50,989 bases of DNA, from the NCBI GenBank assembly GCA_964293355.1, contig CAXZAJ010000002.1, forward strand, positions 1 through 50,989, read 5' to 3'. The notes under the pieces are model-generated. The model worked only from the letters and a program-made list of their open reading frames with translations. It was not told where the DNA came from and made no database searches. Source of the stretch: an uncultured bacterium (GTDB taxonomy: Bacteria > Spirochaetota > Spirochaetia > Treponematales > UBA12059). Positions 24,963 to 33,940 of the stretch are shown here, piece by piece. The stretch's first letter is position 1; every line of letters begins with the position of its first letter. Both the position numbers and the translations under genes were made by a program.

Positions 24963-26753
24963 TCAGTCGGCATCCTTGTTCTTGCTGAAAATCCGCTTGA
25001 TCCTGTCCAGGAGTCCAGTTTTCTTGGCGGGCGATGCGGGCTGGGTTGACTGAGCTTGAGGCTTCTGTGGCTGAGTCTGGACTGGCCTGTTTTCGCCACG
25101 CCTGCCTTGCTGTCCACCCGACCTGCCTGGCCTCGAGCTGCCTGGCCTCGAGCTGCCTGCGTTGTTGGCAGCTTCAGCTTGGCGTTGCCCCTGGGGTTGC
25201 CTGCCGCCGCGGGGTGCAGAACCCTGAGCCTGATCCTGCCCCTGGGGGCGGCTCTGGTTACCCGAATACTTGTCTTTGTAGCGCTTCATGCGCTCGTCTG
25301 AGCTGACCGCGTAGGGATCCCTGCCACCCTGAACGGGCCGCTGGGTTTCAGCCTGTCTGGATTGTTCGGGGGGCCTGCGCAGGTCTGGCCTGTCGGGACG
25401 GGCGCCTGACTGCGATCCGCGGACTGCCTGGCTGCGAGGGCCTTGTCCAGGGCCATGGGAAACCGGTCCCCGGCGAACTCCATGCTCCTGTGCTGACCTG
25501 CCATGCCTGTCTCCGTGGCCCGAGCCACCAAAGGATGAACCGCCGCGCCCGGCGACGCGGTCGCTTCCGGGGCGGGCCCGGTCGTGCGCGTGGCCGAAAC
25601 GGATGCCGGAGCTCTTGTCCTCGCCGAACAGCTCGGGGCTGACCGGAAAGACGGGAATCTTGACTTCGATGTACTTTTCAATCGCGGGCAGGCCGTAGAC
25701 GAACTTTTCACAGGCCAGCGTTATGGCCTTGCCTGATGCCCCTGCCCTGGCTGTTCTGCCGATGCGGTGCACGTAGGATTCGGGATCAGCGGGCACGTCG
25801 TAGTTGATGACCATGTCGAGGGCATTGACGTCGAGGCCGCGGGCTGCGACGTCGGTTGCCACGAGCATGGATAGCTTGCCGGCCTTGAGTCGCTCTATGA
25901 CCTGCAGGCGCTTTGCCTGGGGCAGGTCGCCCATGATGTACTCGCACTCGTAGCCGTTGATGCCGAGGCGCCTTGATATCTCTTCAGCCTTGAATTTCTG
26001 GTTGCAGAAGATGAGGGCGCTCTTGGGCTTGTCCCGTGCGAGGAGGCCGAGCAATACGCGGAATTTCTCGTCGGACCCGACATGGTACAGTTCCTGGGTA
26101 ACCAGGTCCACCGTGACGGTCTCGGCCTCGATGACGATTTCCCTGGGTTCGTCCATGTATTCCCAAGCCAGGTTCTTGATGCGGAAATTCAGGGTGGCGG
26201 AGAACAGGAAGGTCTGGCGCTCCTTGGGTGGCGGCAGGTAGCGCAGAAGCTTGCGCAGGTCGTCGATGAAGCCCATGTCGAACATGCGGTCGGCCTCGTC
26301 GACCACGAGGAACCCGACGTCGCGGAGCAGCATCTTGCCCTGCTCGACAAAATCGATTATGCGCCCTGGCGTGCCGATAATGACCTGCACATCGTCGCGG
26401 AGCATATCTACCTGCGGGCCGTACGCGACGCCTCCGTAAAAGCTGCCCATGGATATCGGAAGGTGCTTGCCGAGCTTCTGTGCTTCGGCCTCGATCTGCA
26501 CGGCTAGTTCACGCGTAGGCGCGAGTATGAGCACCCGGCGGTGACGGCTCGCAGGGTCGGTCATGATGCGCTGGAAGATGGAGATGAGGAAGGCCGCCGT
26601 CTTGCCGGTGCCTGTCTGTGATTGCGCGTAGATGTCTTCGCCCGCGAAGGCGTGCGGAAAAACTTCTGCCTGTACTGGCATGCACGTGATATAGCCGGCG
26701 TCCGCAACGCTGCGGGCCAGGTCGGGGTGCATGTTGAGTTCTGAATAGTCCAT
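24963..26753 (-). CDS. DEAD-box ATP-dependent RNA helicase with a long Arg/Gly/Gln-rich C-terminal tail
   Basis: Q-motif CMPVQAEVFP, AQSQTGTGKT, VVDEADRM, SAT, HRIGRTARAG. Confidence 0.9.
   Translation of the reverse strand: MDYSELNMHPDLARSVADAGYITCMPVQAEVFPHAFAGEDIYAQSQTGTGKTAAFLISIFQRIMTDPASRHRRVLILAPTRELAVQIEAEAQKLGKHLPISMGSFYGGVAYGPQVDMLRDDVQVIIGTPGRIIDFVEQGKMLLRDVGFLVVDEADRMFDMGFIDDLRKLLRYLPPPKERQTFLFSATLNFRIKNLAWEYMDEPREIVIEAETVTVDLVTQELYHVGSDEKFRVLLGLLARDKPKSALIFCNQKFKAEEISRRLGINGYECEYIMGDLPQAKRLQVIERLKAGKLSMLVATDVAARGLDVNALDMVINYDVPADPESYVHRIGRTARAGASGKAITLACEKFVYGLPAIEKYIEVKIPVFPVSPELFGEDKSSGIRFGHAHDRARPGSDRVAGRGGSSFGGSGHGDRHGRSAQEHGVRRGPVSHGPGQGPRSQAVRGSQSGARPDRPDLRRPPEQSRQAETQRPVQGGRDPYAVSSDERMKRYKDKYSGNQSRPQGQDQAQGSAPRGGRQPQGQRQAEAANNAGSSRPGSSRPGRSGGQQGRRGENRPVQTQPQKPQAQSTQPASPAKKTGLLDRIKRIFSKNKDAD
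25124..25161 (-). repeat. 15-bp tandem duplication (TGCCTGGCCTCGAGC x2 plus a partial third unit) inside the helicase tail
   Basis: Read directly. It encodes SSRPGSSRPG. Confidence 0.9.
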
Positions 26754-26841
26754 TCGTTACACTCGATCCTTCTATAAAGTACCACAAGGATACACGGTAA
26801 GGGCTTGCTTGTTAAGTCCTTGCCGAATCTTGAAAATCATG

Positions 26842-27846
26842 TCACGACATCAGTGCTTCGATGCGCTCCATCTGGTCCGTGAGGTCAACACACTGGTTCA
26901 TCCAGTAGCTTTTTGACCCCCAGCCTTCAAAGCGGTCGAAAAATCCACGATCCGAGCGCTGCTTCGCTTGCCAGGCGATGAAATGGACCATACGGAGCAA
27001 TCGCAGCGGTTCCACGAGGGTCAGAGCTGAGCGGTCGAAAGGCATGAACGCTTCGTAGCCTTCTATAATGAGGCCGAGTTCGTGCCGGCATTCGTTCGCC
27101 TGCCCCGGGAGGAGCAGCCAGAAATCCTGCACGGCTGGCCCCGAGGCTGCATCGTCGAAATCGATGGCCAAAAGCCCCGATTCCGCACGGTCAAGCACGT
27201 TGCCGCGGTGGAAGTCGCCATGGAGGCGTATGGGGTCTGTTTTCTCGCTTGCCAGCGCCTGGTCTATGATTGATGCAGCCTTTCTCAGAAGCGGTTCAAG
27301 CCGCTCGACAGCCTCGGGGTGCACCGAGCCACGTTCAAAAATATACCGGAGGTACGAATCGGCGAGCCCGGGAGCGATGCACACGCGATGGTGGAATGAC
27401 CGACTTGTACCGATGGCATGGATGCGCCCTAGAAGCGCTCCGAGTCGCAGCCAGTCCTCTTCGCGCTCGGCATCGAACAGGCGGCCGCCACGCTTTGGAA
27501 AAAGTGCGAACGGAAAAGCTGTTTCCTTGCCTTCAACTTCCAGAATGAGTTCCGGCAATGTGCAACCATCGAGGTCGGGCAACGGTGCTGCTACCGGTAT
27601 CTCCGCCGCGGCAAGTTCGGACACAAGGTCATGCTCCTCCAGGATGGCTTCGGAGGTCCACCGTCCAGGTCGATAGAATTTGGCCACATATTCCACCCCA
27701 GAGTCGGTTTTAAGTCCGAATACACGGTTGGCATAGCTCGGATACGCAAAGAATGAGCCGTCCGGCTCGAGGCCAAAGGCCTCTCCTACCGCTGACAGGG
27801 CCAGATCTGGTGACAGTTCGTCGAAGGCGGCAATCGGTTCGGTCAT
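26842..27846 (-). CDS. srkA: Stress-response Ser/Thr kinase SrkA/RdoA (YihE) family
   Basis: I prefer ATG 27846 (MTEPIAAFDELSPD). YANRVFGLKTDSGVEYVAKFYRPGRWT, LHGDFHRGNVL and DFDDAASGPAVQDFWLLL are collinear with E. coli SrkA. Confidence 0.85.
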   Translation of the reverse strand: MTEPIAAFDELSPDLALSAVGEAFGLEPDGSFFAYPSYANRVFGLKTDSGVEYVAKFYRPGRWTSEAILEEHDLVSELAAAEIPVAAPLPDLDGCTLPELILEVEGKETAFPFALFPKRGGRLFDAEREEDWLRLGALLGRIHAIGTSRSFHHRVCIAPGLADSYLRYIFERGSVHPEAVERLEPLLRKAASIIDQALASEKTDPIRLHGDFHRGNVLDRAESGLLAIDFDDAASGPAVQDFWLLLPGQANECRHELGLIIEGYEAFMPFDRSALTLVEPLRLLRMVHFIAWQAKQRSDRGFFDRFEGWGSKSYWMNQCVDLTDQMERIEALMS

Positions 27847-27916
27847 TGATACAGGGTACCGGTTTGCAGCATGCCGGGACAAGGTGGCAACGAGCGACCA
27901 TGTATGAATTAGCACC

Positions 27917-27978
27917 GGGGACAGAGCTTCGAAGTGGGCAAATCTTCGACGAGGGACAGAGCCCGCCCCTTCGAAGCT
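27917..27978 (+). repeat. Two direct composite units (abundant word followed by the palindrome CTTCGAAG) immediately 5' of the Y1 transposase gene
   Basis: GGGGACAGAGCTTCGAAG (27917-27934) and AGGGACAGAGCccgcccCTTCGAAGCT (27952-27978). AGCTTCGAAG (27925-27934) and CTTCGAAGCT (27969-27978) are mutually complementary. Confidence 0.9.
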
Positions 27979-27983
27979 TAATT

Positions 27984-28002
27984 TTTCAGTGTAAAACTGA
28001 AA
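27984..28002 (+). other. Perfect 7-bp hairpin TTTCAGT-gtaaa-ACTGAAA, 32 nt upstream of the transposase ATG
   Basis: Read directly. IS200/IS605-type Y1 transposases act on sub-terminal hairpins, and IS200 carries a hairpin in its 5' leader. Confidence 0.5.
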
Positions 28003-28034
28003 GCGCCAGTGCGCGGCACATCGTAGCAGAGGGC

Positions 28035-28562
28035 ATGAGAACATTAAGGTATCTACAGGACGGTGCTCTTTACCATGTTTCGGCTCGTGTGAACCGGAAA
28101 GAAATGATCTTCGATTCGCAAGAAATGAAGGATCTGTTTCTCGAGGTATTGGAGCGTGCCAAGAGCAAGTATGCATTTCGGCTGGAAAATTTCTGTATCA
28201 TGGGGAATCATTACCATCTCATGATACAGCCAGAAGGTGCAACCAATTTGTCCAGGCTGATGCAATGGATCATGAGTGTGTTCGCCATGGCGTATAACCG
28301 AATTCATGGACTGGTAGGTCACCTCTGGGAGAGGCGTTTCTTCTCTCGGGTGGTAAATGGACTACGGAATTTTCTTAGGTTGTTTGAATATATTGATGAA
28401 AACCCGGTAGAAGCTCATCAGGTGAAGCATGGACGGGACTGGCGCTACGGTGGTTTATGGCATCACAGGGCTGGTATCCCAAGGATCTGTGCAAGGTCGG
28501 GCGCCTTGCTCGGGTTGATGCTACCGGAACATACGCAACTCATGTTGACGGATACTCGCTGA
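28035..28562 (+). CDS. Y1 (HUH) tyrosine transposase of the IS200-like / REP-associated (RAYT, COG1943) type
   Basis: 175 aa from ATG 28035. HUH motif GNHYHLMIQ. Catalytic-Tyr region LFEYIDENPVEA. The gene and its 3' flank are visibly AT-richer (about 45-50% GC by hand count) than the surrounding DNA. Confidence 0.8.
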   Translation: MRTLRYLQDGALYHVSARVNRKEMIFDSQEMKDLFLEVLERAKSKYAFRLENFCIMGNHYHLMIQPEGATNLSRLMQWIMSVFAMAYNRIHGLVGHLWERRFFSRVVNGLRNFLRLFEYIDENPVEAHQVKHGRDWRYGGLWHHRAGIPRICARSGALLGLMLPEHTQLMLTDTR

Positions 28563-28625
28563 TCACGCCTCGGTTGATCTGGTAGATCCTTCGGTTCCTC
28601 CCCTGAGTTTTCCACAAACCCATAG

Positions 28626-28652
28626 AAGACCGGAAAAGCTTAACGGTTTTTT
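28626..28652 (+). terminator. Weak candidate terminator after the transposase gene
   Basis: AGACCG-gaaaagcttaa-CGGTTTTTT. The stem is only 6 bp (including one G-U pair) with an 11-nt loop. A second T-run is at 28662-28668. Confidence 0.25.
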
Positions 28653-28827
28653 GCCCTGGCATTTTTTTCTGGATCTATTCTCTGCTAAGAGGCCTTCACA
28701 ATTGACTCTGCATGGTTCTGGAATGATACTTCCGGACCGTCACCTGTCTGGCGTCGAGCGCGAATGGTGATCAAGCGGGCGGGACCGTGACACTTGGCGC
28801 CTTTTGAGGGTATGATTCAGCAACTGC

Positions 28828-30735
28828 ATGAACATACTATCCCTCGATGGCGTCTCGAAGACGCTCATAGGCACGCCGCTCTTCCAGGATGTCTCACTCG
28901 GCATAGAGGAAGGCGAGCGTATCGGCCTGGTCGGCCGCAACGGTGCTGGCAAGTCAACTTTTCTCCGCATACTTTCAGGATCGCTTGAACCGGATGACGG
29001 TACCATTGCGCGTAAGCGCGGTCTCCGCGTTGCTGTGCTGCCGCAGCTGCCTGTTGCGCTACCGGGGACAAAGCTGGCCGAATTCCTGTACGGAGGGGAT
29101 TCGGACCTGGCGAGGCTTGTGCGCGACTATGAGGCCTCCGTTTCTGGAAATAGCACGAGCGGGGTCAGAGCTACTGACAAGCGGACTCTCGATACTCTGC
29201 ACGCCAGGATGGAGACTGAAGGCGGTTTTCTGCTGGAACGACGCTTTGCGTCGCTTTGCACGGAATTCGGGTTGCCCGACATCGATGCGTGCATGGATGG
29301 CATGTCCGGGGGCATGATAAAAAAGGCAGCTCTGGCCCGTTGCCTTGCGGACGCCGCAGATCTGGTGTTGCTTGATGAACCTACCAATCATCTGGATTTG
29401 GCCACGATAGAGTTGCTGGAGCGCAAGTTGGGCTCAGCGCCGTTTGCGTTCGTCGTCGTCACGCACGACCGCGCCTTCCTCGATGCTGTGGCAGGTCGCA
29501 TCCTGGAAATCGAACGGTCGTCGGTGTTCTCGTATCCAGGCGACTACTCGACCTTTATAGAGATGAAGAGCGAACGCTGGAATTCCCTTGAGAAGGCAGA
29601 TTCGCGGCGCGAGGCTATCCTGAAAATTGAAATGAAGTGGCTCATGCGTGGGGCACGGGCAAGGGCGACAAAGAGCGAGCGGCGCAAGGACCTGACCAAG
29701 GGCATGCAGGCTTCCGCCCTTGAGCGTCCGGTGCCCATGGGGTCGTTCTCGTCCAAAACCAGACGCATGGGACGTAAAGTTCTTGAGCTTAAAGGGGCGG
29801 CGAAGCGTTACGGTGAGCGGCTTGTCTTCGAGCCGTTTTCGTACGAATTCGTCAAGGGCGACCGCATCGGCGTCGTTGGCCCTAACGGTTCGGGCAAGAC
29901 GACCCTGCTTGGGATGATCGCTGGCACTCTGGAACCTTCGGAGGGTTCGGTGGAGCGGGGTGCCAACACCGCTTGCTCGTACTACGGCCAGACTGCGGCA
30001 GGTTTGCCGATGGATGTCCGCATGGTCGATTTCATACGGAGCAGGTCGGAGGTTACGACCCTCGGGGACGGAGCTGTGCTTGATCCCGAGCGCCTCCTGG
30101 AGCGATTTTTGTTCGACCGCACGATGCACGACCAGCGCCTCTCGACCTTATCGGGCGGCGAGCTCCGTCGGCTTCAGCTCGTGTCAGTGCTGGCCGAGCA
30201 TCCCAACCTTTTGATACTCGATGAGCCGACGAATGACCTCGATATCGACACGATAGAACTGCTCGAAGATTATATTGATGCCTTCGAAGGCTGTGTCATT
30301 GTCGTGTCGCATGACCGCGCTTTTCTGGACGGTGTCACCACGACGACCATAGCGATAGATGCGTCGGGGCGTGCGTTGCTGTATCCCGGTCCGTATGGCG
30401 AGTATCGTGAATTCCTGGACGAGGAAGCGGAGTCCAAGGCGCTTTACGAAAAGGCAGAAGCAGAGAAGGGCGAAAACGCGCGGCGATCCAGGGACAGAGC
30501 TGATATTGTTGACAAGCCTCGTAAGCCCACCTGGGCCGAGCGCAAGGAGTACGAAGTCATAATCGACGAAATCCAGACCCTGGAGGATGAGAAATTGGCG
30601 CTCGAAGCGCTGTTTGCCTCGGGTGCGGTAGCCGATGAAGTGGAGCGCGCTGGTCGCCGATATGCCGAGCTCTGTCCCCTGATTGAAACCAAGACAGCTC
30701 GGTGGGAGTTGCTCGCGGTTCTCATAGACTCCTGA
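28828..30735 (+). CDS. ABC-F family ATPase (two ABC domains plus a C-terminal coiled coil; Uup/YheS-like)
   Basis: 635 aa. Walker A GRNGAGKST and GPNGSGKTT. Signatures MSGGMIKK and LSGGELRR. Charged C-terminal helix. Confidence 0.9.
   Translation: MNILSLDGVSKTLIGTPLFQDVSLGIEEGERIGLVGRNGAGKSTFLRILSGSLEPDDGTIARKRGLRVAVLPQLPVALPGTKLAEFLYGGDSDLARLVRDYEASVSGNSTSGVRATDKRTLDTLHARMETEGGFLLERRFASLCTEFGLPDIDACMDGMSGGMIKKAALARCLADAADLVLLDEPTNHLDLATIELLERKLGSAPFAFVVVTHDRAFLDAVAGRILEIERSSVFSYPGDYSTFIEMKSERWNSLEKADSRREAILKIEMKWLMRGARARATKSERRKDLTKGMQASALERPVPMGSFSSKTRRMGRKVLELKGAAKRYGERLVFEPFSYEFVKGDRIGVVGPNGSGKTTLLGMIAGTLEPSEGSVERGANTACSYYGQTAAGLPMDVRMVDFIRSRSEVTTLGDGAVLDPERLLERFLFDRTMHDQRLSTLSGGELRRLQLVSVLAEHPNLLILDEPTNDLDIDTIELLEDYIDAFEGCVIVVSHDRAFLDGVTTTTIAIDASGRALLYPGPYGEYREFLDEEAESKALYEKAEAEKGENARRSRDRADIVDKPRKPTWAERKEYEVIIDEIQTLEDEKLALEALFASGAVADEVERAGRRYAELCPLIETKTARWELLAVLIDS
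29161..29172 (+). repeat. Abundant word, perfect copy GGGGTCAGAGCT
   Basis: Inside the ABC-F gene; read as SGVRAT. Confidence 0.95.
30667..30678 (-). repeat. Abundant word, perfect copy (AGCTCTGTCCCC on the + strand)
   Basis: Inside the ABC-F gene; read as ELCPL. Confidence 0.95.
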
Positions 30736-30762
30736 TCAAATAGTGCCAGAGGAACTGATGCC

Positions 30763-30969
30763 ATGAACGACGATCGGATGGAACCTATGGAAACAAAGTT
30801 GGCTTACCTCGAAAAGATGGTGGCCGATCTCGACTCCCTGGTGTACGAATATGGCCGCAGGACTGAACGGCTTGAAGAAGGCATGAGGGAAATGGCTCGT
30901 CGGCTGGCAGACCTCGGATCGGAAAAGGGCTCCGTCCTGCTAGCTGGAGAGCGACCTCCCCATTACTGA
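30763..30969 (+). CDS. slyX: SlyX-family protein
   Basis: 68 aa coiled coil ending in RPPHY, as in E. coli SlyX (PPPHY). The start could also be 30778 or 30787. Confidence 0.7.
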   Translation: MNDDRMEPMETKLAYLEKMVADLDSLVYEYGRRTERLEEGMREMARRLADLGSEKGSVLLAGERPPHY

Positions 30970-30985
30970 CCAAAACATATAAAAA

Positions 30986-31007
30986 CCCCGCGTCCGGAAA
31001 CGCGGGG
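30986..31007 (-). terminator. Rho-independent terminator between the convergent slyX and pmbA genes
   Basis: CCCCGCG-tccggaaa-CGCGGGG. The A5 run on the + strand is a U-tract on the - strand, downstream of pmbA. Confidence 0.6.
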
Positions 31008-31055
31008 TCAGCAATCAAGGCCTGAGGACCAGGAGGATGGTCAACAGGCCCGGTC

Positions 31056-32390
31056 TCAGAGGGTGAATGACAGGCTGTCCACCAGTATGCCAGGCAGGTA
31101 ACTGCCTCCTACCTGCCTGTGCTCGTACGTTGACGACTCCACGAGCAGGTGGCGTTCCCTGGTGACCGCTTCCAGCTTTGTTCCGAGCATGTTGTACAGC
31201 GACTCGTCCCAGCGAAGATCCTTGATGGGGCCGACGATTTTGCCATGTTCTACCCAGAGGCAGGAGAATCTGGTCATGCCGGTCACGCGTGCCGCCTGGA
31301 CGTCGCTCCAGTTCAGATAATGGAAGTTGGACACGTAAATGCCGGTCCCCAGTGCTTTCAGTGCATCTGCCTCAGGCAGGTCGCCTGCGTCTATGGAGAC
31401 CGATCGCACATCCTCGCCTTCTTCTGCGCCGTTGGCTGTGAGTCCATATTGTTTGGCGGTGCGAGAACTTACGATGGTATTCTCAATCTTGCCATTCTTG
31501 ACGACAACGAGTCGTTCGGGTGCGAGTTCACCGTCATCGTTGAACGCGGGCTGAACTCCCAGCGAGAAGTCCTGGCTGAAGCTGAATTTGGGCGACATGT
31601 TCTCGCGCTTCTCGCGCAGCGCGATGTATGCGCTTTCACCCTGTCGTAGTCCCCGCTCGCCAAAGCCATTCCACGAGAAGAAGGTGACGACCTCATTGAG
31701 GGCATCAGCGGTTATGAAGGCTCTGTAAGTACCGGGGGTCAGAGCTGTCTCTTTCTTGTCGAGGTTCAGGAGTGACAAACGCGTGGCTGCGATTCGTGAT
31801 GCATACTCGGCATCGCTCCACTCCCTGCCAGCATATGACGACTTGACGGCTCTGCCGTTGGGCAGCCACGCCGAATAGTCGACTGTGAACGTCTCAGTCT
31901 GGAACCAGTGCCTTGCACCAGCTGAATTCGCTGCAGCCCTACAGACCAGGCCCTGTGCGTACAGGCCGGTAAAGTCGAGCCCCTCTGCCGGACCGAGTAC
32001 GCTAGCTGGTATTTCGCTTTCTGGAAGCAGTTTGCCTGCATATCTGGCATCGGATGACTCGGCAGCTTCGGGGACCGCCTGATATGGATCGTCGGGCAGA
32101 AGCGGCATTGTCGCGCGTGCCTGGCCAAGAGCCAGGGCTATCTGCTCATCATCTCGAGCTCTGTCCCCCGAGAGGCCAAGCTGGAAGGTCCAGGACTTGG
32201 CACCCTTCCAGAGCTTGACGCCAACATCGGCCTGCTCGACCGTGCCGGACTGGCGAATCTTGCCGTTGTTGAAGCGCATGAATGAGGTACGCTCGGCGGT
32301 GTAGCTTATCGCTGCGCGTTCATCGGACATGAGTTCCCCGAGAACCCTCTCGGCGATGGCATCAAAATGGGGCTTGAAATCATTGGTCAT
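31056..32390 (-). CDS. pmbA: PmbA/TldE-family metalloprotease subunit
   Basis: 444 aa. The start overlaps the tldD stop (ATGA). The fold is TldD/PmbA-like but lacks the HExxxH motif. Confidence 0.8.
   Translation of the reverse strand: MTNDFKPHFDAIAERVLGELMSDERAAISYTAERTSFMRFNNGKIRQSGTVEQADVGVKLWKGAKSWTFQLGLSGDRARDDEQIALALGQARATMPLLPDDPYQAVPEAAESSDARYAGKLLPESEIPASVLGPAEGLDFTGLYAQGLVCRAAANSAGARHWFQTETFTVDYSAWLPNGRAVKSSYAGREWSDAEYASRIAATRLSLLNLDKKETALTPGTYRAFITADALNEVVTFFSWNGFGERGLRQGESAYIALREKRENMSPKFSFSQDFSLGVQPAFNDDGELAPERLVVVKNGKIENTIVSSRTAKQYGLTANGAEEGEDVRSVSIDAGDLPEADALKALGTGIYVSNFHYLNWSDVQAARVTGMTRFSCLWVEHGKIVGPIKDLRWDESLYNMLGTKLEAVTRERHLLVESSTYEHRQVGGSYLPGILVDSLSFTL
31735..31746 (+). 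repeat. Abundant word, perfect copy GGGGTCAGAGCT
   Basis: Inside pmbA; read on the opposite strand as TALTPG. Confidence 0.95.
32157..32168 (-). repeat. Abundant word, perfect copy (AGCTCTGTCCCC on the + strand)
   Basis: Inside pmbA; read as SGDRAR. Confidence 0.95.
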
Positions 32391-33832
32391 TTTCCGCCTC
32401 CAAAGACTTCTACGTCGGAGAACGCGCAGACGGGGCTGGCGTGGCCGACGAACATCACCTGGTTCGGTTCACCTTTGCCGCAATTAGGCGTGCCGAAGGC
32501 CGCGAACGTGCTTGAGTCGCCTACTGCAGACAGGTTACGCCAGAAGGTACTGGAGACACCGCGGTAATTGGGATCCCGGACCGGTCTGGTCAGCTTTCCA
32601 TCCTCGATGGGTGTGCCGTACTCGCATCCGAACTGGAACTTGTTGCGGTAGTCGTCTATCGACCATGAGCGGTTTGTGCGCATGAGCACGCCTTTTTCCA
32701 CTGAGGCAATGATGGCTTCGAGCGAAGTCTCACCGGGTTCGAGGTTCAGGTTGGCCATCCTGTCCATGGGTGGCCTGTTCCATGAGGTGGCACGCTGGTT
32801 GGCGACACCGGCCAGGCCGGTTCGGGCCTGGCTTTCAAGGCTGCCAAGTCCGCGTACCAGGATGCCATCCTTGATGAGCAGCTGCTTGACGGCCAGGTTG
32901 CCGATCTCGTCCGCTCCATAGGAGGCAAGTTCTCCCGCAATCGTCGGGTCGAAACTGATGTTCATCAGCTTTGACCCGTACTGGAACGAACCGAAGTCGG
33001 AGAGCTTGACGAAGCTGGATCCGGCATAGTTGCGCTCGTCACCAAGGATGCGGTCTAGTTCAAGGGGATGGCCGATGCTCTCGTGGATCTGCAGCATCAT
33101 CTGGTCCGGTGTCAGGACGAGTGTGCGCCTGTCGCTCGGGCAGGTCTCGGCTCCAAGCAGTTCGACAGCTTCAGCACCCACGCGGCGCGCGTCTGCCAGC
33201 AGGGATTCCACATCGAAAAGTTCCCAGCCTCCCTGGCGGGTCAGGCCTCGTGGGCCGTTGGCCGTTCGTAGCTGGACGATGTCGCCCCTCCGGGCAACCG
33301 CCTGCAGGCTTGTGCCCATGTAGAAAAGCGTCTGCTCGATGTCGGCTCCGTTCGTCGAAACAATCTCGTAGTCGTAGCGTCCGACCTCGACGAGCGCTGT
33401 GGTCTGTATCACCTCGTCCGAGTGCTTGAGTGCGCTGCAGGCATCGAACAGGAAGGCAAACACGCCGTCCGGGGCGACAGGCGCTTTGCGTTTGCGGGGC
33501 GTTTCGTAGCGGCTCCTGGTGGCAGGCCTCACGGTGTGGTCGAATTGGTGCACGCCCCGGCCGGTAGCTGCCTTGGCGCAGGCAAGAGCGGATGCTGCCG
33601 CCCTGGCTATGCCTTCGGGCGTGAGGTCTGGGGTTGCGGCATATGCAAACTCGCCGTTGAAGAGTACCTCGACCATCACACCGTCGTCGGCACCGCTGAT
33701 CGCTTGATCGAAAGCTCTGTCCCTCGCCATGTAGTAGGACGCGCTTGTGCTGCGGCGCCTCAGTCCGAGCCAGGAGGCTTCACGGGCGGCATTCTGGGCC
33801 GCATCGAGGAGCCTGCGTAAATCGCTTCGCAT
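32387..33832 (-). CDS. tldD: TldD-family metalloprotease
   Basis: 481 aa. Motif HESIGHPLELDR (HExxxH). C-terminal GxC GTPNCGKGEP. Confidence 0.85.
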   Translation of the reverse strand: MRSDLRRLLDAAQNAAREASWLGLRRRSTSASYYMARDRAFDQAISGADDGVMVEVLFNGEFAYAATPDLTPEGIARAAASALACAKAATGRGVHQFDHTVRPATRSRYETPRKRKAPVAPDGVFAFLFDACSALKHSDEVIQTTALVEVGRYDYEIVSTNGADIEQTLFYMGTSLQAVARRGDIVQLRTANGPRGLTRQGGWELFDVESLLADARRVGAEAVELLGAETCPSDRRTLVLTPDQMMLQIHESIGHPLELDRILGDERNYAGSSFVKLSDFGSFQYGSKLMNISFDPTIAGELASYGADEIGNLAVKQLLIKDGILVRGLGSLESQARTGLAGVANQRATSWNRPPMDRMANLNLEPGETSLEAIIASVEKGVLMRTNRSWSIDDYRNKFQFGCEYGTPIEDGKLTRPVRDPNYRGVSSTFWRNLSAVGDSSTFAAFGTPNCGKGEPNQVMFVGHASPVCAFSDVEVFGGGK

Positions 33833-33870
33833 GGTCGCTCTCCTTTATGCTGATTTTCCATCACACTGTA

Positions 33871-33891
33871 ACGTTCAAATAAGTTGAACGT
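33871..33891. promoter_or_regulatory. 8-bp perfect inverted repeat ACGTTCAA-ataag-TTGAACGT in the tldD/trkA divergent promoter region
   Basis: Read directly. Possible operator; no regulator is assigned. Confidence 0.3.
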
Positions 33892-33940
33892 CAAGGTGAC
33901 GGCTTTCGTAAGACGAGATCTTTACTATATAGTCGCATTG

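Noticed and set aside
26780-26815. Imperfect hairpin AAGGGCTT-gcttgtt-AAGTCCTT downstream of srkA, considered as a terminator.
   Set aside because: It has one mismatch in an 8-bp AT-containing stem and no U-tract on the - strand.
27847-28176. N-terminal 110 aa of ORF 26842..28176, and N-terminal 94 aa of ORF 27753..28562.
   Set aside because: The homology-like sequence starts at internal ATGs (27846 for SrkA, 28035 for the Y1 transposase). The upstream parts overlap each other in the divergent intergenic region that holds the repeats.
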